Of a stretch of DNA of 64,000 nucleotides, positions 58,213 through 64,000 are shown piece by piece. The stretch's first letter is position 1. Every line of letters starts with the position of its first letter. The notes beneath the pieces are model-generated. The model did not search any database, was not told the origin of the DNA, and worked only from the letters and a program-made list of their open reading frames with translations. Source of the DNA: an uncultured beta proteobacterium (GTDB taxonomy: Bacteria; Pseudomonadota; Gammaproteobacteria; Burkholderiales; SG8-39); NCBI GenBank assembly GCA_903859155.1, contig CAIOLO010000063.1, positions 10,408-74,407 on the forward strand. Direction: 5' to 3'. Position numbers and translations under genes: made by a program.

Positions 58213-58238
58213 GAAAGGGCCGCTATTGCGGCCCTTTC
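58213..58238. terminator. Bidirectional rho-independent terminator
   Basis: GAAAGGGCCGC-tatt-GCGGCCCTTTC between convergent genes. Confidence 0.75.
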
Positions 58239-58267
58239 CCTTTGGGCTGGCGATTCCGTTCCCGGGC

Positions 58268-58864
58268 TTACAGCCCTCCGTTCTGCTGCGCCACCATGCA
58301 AAAGAGCATGGGGATCGACAACATGGTGTTGAAGCGCGAGGTCAAGCCGGCGATGCGCGCAGCCTTCGCTTTTGCTTCGGGTTCCACCGCGACCAGGCCG
58401 AGCGCTTTTTGCTGACTCGGCCAGATGATGAACCAGACGTTGAAAGCCATGATCAGCGCTATCCACATTCCGATTGCGATGGCTGTGTGTGGCCGGGCAA
58501 AGGTTCCCAGAGCGCCAATGTGGCCGATCATCGCCGCGAGCGTCAGGCCGGTAATGACTGTCCACAGGGCCGCGTGGCGAAACCAGAACAATGCCGCGGG
58601 TGCGATGACCTTGGTGATGGCGGGCTTTTCCGCATCGGGGATCTTCGGCATGGACGGGATCTGCACGAAATTGAAATACCACAGCAGGCCCACCCACATG
58701 ACCGCGCAAAGCACATGCAGCCACCGCACAAAAAACGCCGCCCATGCATGCCCGCTCACGTCCATGGTGGTCGCGCCCAGGGCGGCGACCAGGCCGATGA
58801 TGACGAGCAGCAATGCCACGCCGGCGGCGACGGTGCGTCCGAGAGATGAGAATATTGCGCCCAT
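58268..58864 (-). CDS. Integral membrane protein, PuuD-N-terminal-like (function uncertain)
   Basis: AAGGAGGG RBS, 198 aa, about 5 TM helices. The HVLCAVMWVGLLWYFNFVQ motif recalls the membrane domain of urate hydroxylase PuuD. No cytochrome c domain. Confidence 0.6.
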   Translation of the reverse strand: MGAIFSSLGRTVAAGVALLLVIIGLVAALGATTMDVSGHAWAAFFVRWLHVLCAVMWVGLLWYFNFVQIPSMPKIPDAEKPAITKVIAPAALFWFRHAALWTVITGLTLAAMIGHIGALGTFARPHTAIAIGMWIALIMAFNVWFIIWPSQQKALGLVAVEPEAKAKAARIAGLTSRFNTMLSIPMLFCMVAQQNGGL

Positions 58865-59051
58865 GCACGGCCCTCCTTTGAATTTTGTCTGAACGGGAAG
58901 TCCCGATGCGGGGTTTTGCCCCGTGTCCCCGCACGAGATTCCGACGCAACGTCTGCCGCAGCCCGGTACTGATGCAAGCGGCTCTGGCGAGTGCAGGCTA
59001 CCTTAGCACAGCCGCTGGATTTTTCAGAACCTCGCGGTCTGCCACCGTGGT

Positions 59052-60419
59052 TCAGTCCTGCTGGTTTGTCACGCGTTCCACGCGCGCCAGCGCGCCGCCG
59101 CGCGCGAAAGTGATCTCCAATGGCGCTCCTGCGCGCAGGCCGGCGGCGTCGCGAACCAGGCATCCGGCGCCGTCTCGCACCATGCTGTAGCCGCGCTCCA
59201 GCACGCTTTGTGGCGCCAGGTGCTCGAGGCTGGACAATACGCGGTCGAGGCGGGCCTGATCGCGCGCATGCATCGCGCGCATTGCCGCCCCCGCGCGCCC
59301 TGCAAGGTTGCGCACCTGCGCTGCCAGTTCTGCCGTTCGCGGCGCGCTCCCGAGAAGTCGCTGCAGCAGCGAGGCCAGCATCCAGCCCTGCTGCTCGATC
59401 CGGCGACCTCCTGCGCTCTCGAGGCGCCGGCCCAGTTGGGTGACATAGGCATTGCGTTCGAGCAGGCGCTGGCCGGGGTGCTGCAATCTGCGTGACAGGT
59501 GGTCGACCCGCTGGGTCCGGTCATCGATATCGCGCAGCACGCGCCTCCCCAATGCCGCGAGCAATGCCGACACGGTGTCGAGCAGCGCCGCGCGTTCGGG
59601 GCTGACCAGTTCCGCGGCGCCGGTCGGGGTCGGGGCACGCAGGTCGGCCGCAAAATCGGCGATGGTGAAGTCCGTTTCGTGCCCGACACCGCTTATCACC
59701 GGAACCGGGCAGGCGCGAATCGCGCGCGCCACCGATTCGTCATTGAATGCCCACAGGTCCTCGATGCTTCCGCCGCCACGGCAGATGATCAGCACCTCGC
59801 ATTCGCCTCTGTCCCCCGCGGTGGATACGGCCTGCGCAATTTTCAGACCCGCGCCCTCACCCTGAACCGGCGTCGGGTACACAAAGACCGCGACCGAAGG
59901 ATTGCGCCGGGCAAGCGTGGCGAGAACGTCGCGCAGCGCGGCCCCCTGCGCCGAGGTGACAATCCCGACGCTGCGCGCGAGGTAGGGAAGCGGTCTTTTT
60001 CGGGCCGCGTCGAACAGGCCCTCTTTCTCGAGTTTTTCCTTCAAACGCAGGAAGGCCTCGAAAAGCGTACCGCGACCGGCCTGCCGCATGGTCTCGGCGA
60101 TCAACTGAAATTCGCCACGGTTTTCGTAAAGCGTTACCAGGCCCTGGACCTCGACCTGCATGCCATCCCGCGGAATCCAGCTCAGATGCTGGTTGCGGTT
60201 GCGAAACATCGCGCAACGCACCTGCGCCTGGGCATCCTTCAGGACGAAATAAAGGTGACCGGATTTCGCGGCAACAAAATTGGAGATTTCGCCGCGCACC
60301 CAAAGCAGCGGATAGCGATGTTCCAGAAGGTCCCGGACACTGCGATTGAGCTCGCCGACACTCAAAATTGCAGAGGGAAAGCCTGTGGAGAACCGCGTCA
60401 ATCCTTGATCTTGAGGCAT
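59052..60419 (-). CDS. xseA: Exodeoxyribonuclease VII large subunit
   Basis: SVGELNRSVRDLLE...LWVRGEISNF...GHLYFVLKD is the XseA N-terminal OB fold. Start taken at MPQDQG. Confidence 0.9.
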   Translation of the reverse strand: MPQDQGLTRFSTGFPSAILSVGELNRSVRDLLEHRYPLLWVRGEISNFVAAKSGHLYFVLKDAQAQVRCAMFRNRNQHLSWIPRDGMQVEVQGLVTLYENRGEFQLIAETMRQAGRGTLFEAFLRLKEKLEKEGLFDAARKRPLPYLARSVGIVTSAQGAALRDVLATLARRNPSVAVFVYPTPVQGEGAGLKIAQAVSTAGDRGECEVLIICRGGGSIEDLWAFNDESVARAIRACPVPVISGVGHETDFTIADFAADLRAPTPTGAAELVSPERAALLDTVSALLAALGRRVLRDIDDRTQRVDHLSRRLQHPGQRLLERNAYVTQLGRRLESAGGRRIEQQGWMLASLLQRLLGSAPRTAELAAQVRNLAGRAGAAMRAMHARDQARLDRVLSSLEHLAPQSVLERGYSMVRDGAGCLVRDAAGLRAGAPLEITFARGGALARVERVTNQQD

Positions 60420-60598
60420 GTTTCGATTGTAACCTATCCACATCAAGGACTTGCCGCCGCAGGCTTGCTGCTTTCCCTAGGGGCTCCCTCGAGAGAATTT
60501 CACATCTCTTTGATTTTGTTATGCAATCTTCTTGTATAAAAAATGTAACTGGGAAAAAAATCGTTTGCGGCAATCCACTTAAGCTGTTTAGATCATGG

Positions 60599-60633
60599 TT
60601 ATGCACACCCTTATCCACAGCAAATGTGGATAA
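60599..60633. promoter_or_regulatory. Three closely spaced DnaA boxes (two perfect consensus 9-mers in inverted orientation)
   Basis: TTATGCACA at 60599-60607, TTATCCACA at 60611-60619, and TGTGGATAA at 60625-60633. One-mismatch boxes sit at 60434-60442 and 60384-60392. Confidence 0.6.
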
Positions 60634-60947
60634 GAATCCGCGCCCGGGAAATTCGTTCATCAATCGGATGCCAAAAATGAGGCCGCCCAACGATTCAGAT
60701 GCACACCATTGTTCCGCCACGGGCAACCCCCTCAAGTCGCAAACCGTGCCTGTTTGCCTTGCAATGGCGTGTCGCCCCGTGCTGCCGGAATCAGCCGCGA
60801 AGCGGCGGTATGCACGGCAAAGCCCTCGCTGCCGTGCCGTGCTGACTGCCATTGCAGCGGACAACTTAGTGCGGTCAGGGCGATACTTGCCTTGCCGAAT
60901 GGGCATGCGCAGGCTAAAGTGACGCCGGTTTTTTGAGGAGATTCGCG

Positions 60948-61592
60948 TTGTTCGCAATTATTCAGGCCGCAGGTTGGCCGATATGGCCGTTGCTTCTAGC
61001 TTCAGTTATTGCCGTGGCTCTCATCATTGAGCGCCTTGTAACCTTGCGAAAAGAGCGCATCGTTCCCAGCGGCTTGCTGGCAAAAGTACTGGCCGCGCAC
61101 CAGCAGCAGGGGGTCACCCGGGAATTGCTGGATCAACTGGCCAAGGATTCGCCGCTGGGCCAGGTGCTTGCGGCCGGGTTGAGCAATGTGAAGAGTTCCC
61201 GTTACGTGATGAAAGAAGCGATTGAGGAGGCCGGTGCTGCCGTCACGCACGAACTGGAGCGGTTTCTGACCACTTTGGGAACCATTGCATCGATCAGCCC
61301 GCTGATGGGCCTGTTCGGCACCGTGGTTGGCATGATCGAGATATTCGGTTCGCAGTCTCCCACCGGCACCAACCCGACGGTGCTGGCGCATGGCATTTCG
61401 GTGGCCTTGTATAACACCGGATTCGGCCTCGTCATCGCCATTCCAGCGATGATCTTCTTCCGCCATTTCCGCGGCACGGTCGATCATTTTGTGGTGGAGA
61501 TGGAACAGCAGGCGGCGAAGCTGATCGATGTGGTGCACGGTGAGCGCTTCGACTACTCGAAGGATGCGCAACCGCCCAGGGCAGAAGCGTGA
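60948..61592 (+). CDS. exbB: MotA/TolQ/ExbB-family proton channel
   Basis: The TTG at 60948 follows GAGGAG by 7 nt (alternative TTG at 60933). Typical ExbB TM pattern (GLFGTVVGMI). Confidence 0.85.
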   Translation: MFAIIQAAGWPIWPLLLASVIAVALIIERLVTLRKERIVPSGLLAKVLAAHQQQGVTRELLDQLAKDSPLGQVLAAGLSNVKSSRYVMKEAIEEAGAAVTHELERFLTTLGTIASISPLMGLFGTVVGMIEIFGSQSPTGTNPTVLAHGISVALYNTGFGLVIAIPAMIFFRHFRGTVDHFVVEMEQQAAKLIDVVHGERFDYSKDAQPPRAEA

Positions 61593-62008
61593 AATTTCGC
61601 GGCTCGTCGACCCGGGATGATCCCGAGATCAACCTGATCCCGTTGATCGACGTGCTGCTGGTCATCATCATTTTTCTCATGCTCACCACCACTTATTCGC
61701 GTTTTGCCGAATTGCAGATCAATCTGCCCTCGGCGAGCGCGGAAAAGCAGCTCGATCGGCCCAACGAAATCAGCATTGTGATGGCCGCCAACGGGCAATA
61801 CCGGGTCAATCGTCGTGCCGTCAGCTTTACCAGCGTGGCGGCGTTTGCCCAGGAACTGCGCGTCGCCGGTACCGATCTGAAGGAACCGGTGGTGGTGATC
61901 AATGCCGACAGCGGAGTCACCCATCAGGCGGTGGTGCGGGTGATGGACGCCGCACGCCAGGCGGGTTTCGGGCAGATTGCGTTTGCCGTCGAGCAGTCCG
62001 CAAAATAG
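61589..62008 (+). CDS. exbD: ExbD/TolR-family biopolymer transport protein
   Basis: INLIPLIDVLLVIIIF motif. GTGA overlap with exbB. Confidence 0.85.
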   Translation: MKFRGSSTRDDPEINLIPLIDVLLVIIIFLMLTTTYSRFAELQINLPSASAEKQLDRPNEISIVMAANGQYRVNRRAVSFTSVAAFAQELRVAGTDLKEPVVVINADSGVTHQAVVRVMDAARQAGFGQIAFAVEQSAK

Positions 62009-62050
62009 CGGAGCGAATCTGCTCCACACCTCTGCCCGCAGGCGGAGCCG

Positions 62051-63049
62051 GTGAATTCGCAGTTCGCCGCGCGCCACTGGTATCGGTTTAGCGCGATTTC
62101 CGCAATTCTGTTTCCCCTCAGCCTGCTGTTTCGCCTTGCCGTTCGGGTGAGGCGCATGCTGTACCGGCTGGGCGTGCTGCGCACCACGATCATGCCGGTG
62201 CCGGTGATCGTGGTGGGCAACATCACCGTGGGGGGCACCGGCAAGACGCCCTTGGTACTCTGGCTGGTCCGGGCATTGCGCGAACGCGGTCTGAGGCCAG
62301 GGGTGATCGCCAGCGGATACGGCGGCACGCGCCGCGAACCCGCTGCGGTGAGCGCAAGCGACGACCCCCGCGTCAGCGGGGACGAAGCGGTGCTGCTGGC
62401 ATTGCGAGCCGGAACGCCGGTCTGGTCCGGCCCGGATCGTGTCGGTGTCGCCCAAGCCCTGCTGCGGGCCCATCCCGATTGCGACTTGCTGATTTGCGAT
62501 GACGGGTTGCAGCATTACCGACTGGGACGCGATCTGGAGATCGCAGTCGAGGATGCGCGCGGATTCGGAAACGGCTGCATGCTTCCGGCCGGGCCGTTGC
62601 GCGAGCCTCCAACCCGCCAGGTCGACGCGCGCATCGTCAATGCAACGCATGAGGCCAGGAGAGGGCTGCCACCGGGTGCCTGCCGCATGCGCCTCGAACC
62701 GGCCGGCCTGTACCGGCTGGACCGGCAGGACAGCATCCTCGATGCCGCGGCCCTGCGCGGCAAGCATCTGCACGCGGTGGCGGGTATCGGCGACCCGGGA
62801 CGTTTTTTCGCGACCCTGGAGGCTCTCGGACTGCAGGTCACGCCCCACGCCTTTGCGGACCATCATGATTACTCTGCGTGTGAACTTGAATTCGATAACT
62901 GCGATGCGGTGTTAATGACCGAAAAGGATGCGGTAAAATGCGCCGGATTCGCTCGCAACGATCTGTATGCCCTGCGCGTCGAGGCGAAGCTCGATCCCGA
63001 GTTCGTCCAATTTCTCGAGAAATGGCTGCATGGACTCAAGGCTTCTTGA
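62051..63049 (+). CDS. lpxK: Tetraacyldisaccharide 4'-kinase
   Basis: [17 protein letters not shown]-loop, 332 aa. Confidence 0.9.
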   Translation: MNSQFAARHWYRFSAISAILFPLSLLFRLAVRVRRMLYRLGVLRTTIMPVPVIVVGNITVGGTGKTPLVLWLVRALRERGLRPGVIASGYGGTRREPAAVSASDDPRVSGDEAVLLALRAGTPVWSGPDRVGVAQALLRAHPDCDLLICDDGLQHYRLGRDLEIAVEDARGFGNGCMLPAGPLREPPTRQVDARIVNATHEARRGLPPGACRMRLEPAGLYRLDRQDSILDAAALRGKHLHAVAGIGDPGRFFATLEALGLQVTPHAFADHHDYSACELEFDNCDAVLMTEKDAVKCAGFARNDLYALRVEAKLDPEFVQFLEKWLHGLKAS

Positions 63050-63218
63050 AATTCTGGTCTGCCCCATTTGCAAGGGGCCGCTGATTCATCGCAAGGCTGA
63101 AAAAGAACTGGTCTGCAAGGGGGACCGCCTGGCTTTTCCGATACGCGACGACATTCCGGTGATGTTAGAGGAGGACGCACGCAAACTCGGCGCGGAAGAA
63201 AATCCGGGTAGCGGCTGA
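63030..63218 (+). CDS. Trm112/YcaR-family small zinc-ribbon protein
   Basis: [18 protein letters not shown]...[10 protein letters not shown] is the UPF0434 pattern. Overlaps the lpxK end. Confidence 0.85.
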   Translation: MDSRLLEILVCPICKGPLIHRKAEKELVCKGDRLAFPIRDDIPVMLEEDARKLGAEENPGSG

Positions 63219-63403
63219 CGCACCTTTGCCGGCAATGCCAGTCTCTCGGGAGAAGCCTGTGCTAGGGGGATCGAGGGCGTACCTAGCCCCTGGTCAATTC
63301 CGCCGCTTCAGGGGCAAAGCAGGGTGTACGGCATATCCCGCATGAGACCTGTTCGGGGTCGGCATTGTGATTTGATTCGGCAATTCATCAAGAGGGCGGA
63401 CCC

Positions 63404-64000
63404 ATCATCGGCTTCACAGTAATCATTCCCGCGCGGCATGCGGCGACCCGGCTGCCCGGGAAAATGCTCGCTGATCTCGGCGGAAAGCCACTGGTGGTCC
63501 GGGTCGCAGAGCGCGCCCGCGACAGTGGTGCGGCACGTGTCACCGTGGCCACGGACCATGAAACGATTGCTGCGGCGGTCCGTTCCCATGGATTCGAAGC
63601 TATTCTGACCAGCGAAGATCACCCATCGGGCACGGACCGGATTGCCGAGGCCGCAGCGAAGATCGGCCTGTCCGGGGATGCGCTGGTCGTCAATGTGCAG
63701 GGTGACGAGCCCCTGATCGAGCCGGGTCTGATACGCGCCGTCGCCGCCCTGCTCGAGGCGACGCCCGAGGCGGCGATTGCCACTGCCTGCCATCCCATCG
63801 CGGACGCCGAGGAGTTTTTCAATCCGAATGTCGTCAAGGTGGTACTGGATGCCCAGGGCTATGCGCGCTACTTCAGCCGTGCGCCGATTCCGTGGGCGCG
63901 TGATGCGTTTGCCGGCGGCCGGCAGTTCATCCCCGAAGGTCTGCCGTGTTTTCGGCATGTGGGCATCTACGCGTATCGCGGCGCATTTCTTGCCAGTTTT
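63404..64000 (+). CDS. kdsB: 3-deoxy-manno-octulosonate cytidylyltransferase (partial, runs off the window), no canonical start codon
   Basis: Hand translation gives [19 protein letters not shown]...[11 protein letters not shown]...[10 protein letters not shown]...YFSRAPIPW. The in-frame region after the stop at 63368-63370 has no ATG/GTG/TTG before the conserved N-terminus. ATC codons at 63404 and 63407 follow GAGGG. Confidence 0.85.
   Translation, partial: MIGFTVIIPARHAATRLPGKMLADLGGKPLVVRVAERARDSGAARVTVATDHETIAAAVRSHGFEAILTSEDHPSGTDRIAEAAAKIGLSGDALVVNVQGDEPLIEPGLIRAVAALLEATPEAAIATACHPIADAEEFFNPNVVKVVLDAQGYARYFSRAPIPWARDAFAGGRQFIPEGLPCFRHVGIYAYRGAFLASF

Noticed and set aside
60368-60922. 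A 184-aa plus-strand ORF filling the xseA-exbB intergenic region.
   Set aside because: The translation is Cys/Arg/Pro-rich, has no RBS, overlaps the xseA 5' end, and crosses the AT-rich tract and DnaA boxes. It looks non-coding.

Overview
The window looks like a visibly GC-rich chromosomal segment of a Gram-negative bacterium, with betaproteobacterium-like gene order (rpmG-rpmB...radC | coaBC-dut, clpS-clpA, xseA | exbB-exbD-lpxK-ycaR-kdsB). All identifications come from reading the ORF translations and DNA by eye and recognising motifs from memory. No database search was run.

Content:
- **Sulfur theme:** sbp-cysTWA with a coupled CysB-family regulator, a DszB-like protein, SseA, a SulP permease, an EI24/CysZ-like protein, and flavocytochrome c sulfide dehydrogenase fccAB.
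- **Transport and catabolism:** an SsuABC-like importer operon headed by an unassigned cytoplasmic molybdoenzyme plus an OsmC-like protein, TctCBA with HyuAB, and two tandem EamA genes.
- **Housekeeping:** nadE, purN, coaBC, dut, clpSA, xseA, lpxK, kdsB, rpmBG, gluQ.
- **Toxin-antitoxin loci:** four intact type II pairs (ParDE, two BrnTA, HigBA) plus a VapC stub, all at operon junctions.

I saw no rRNA, tRNA, CRISPR array, transposase or integrase.

Most noteworthy:
1. An orphan DszB-like desulfinase homologue with the catalytic-looking Cys/His/Arg context.
2. The molybdoenzyme/OsmC/ABC operon of unknown substrate.
3. A ~240-bp duplication of the radC 3' end bracketing a higBA cassette, inside an accessory islet in the conserved radC-rpmBG junction.
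4. A cluster of consensus DnaA boxes next to an AT-rich tract between xseA and exbB.
5. Repeated TTGCA-N-TGCAA palindromes in the phasin promoter.
6. A 53-bp x3 tandem repeat.
7. A decay zone of gene stubs around a BrnTA module.

None of these is proven to be a novel system from sequence alone.
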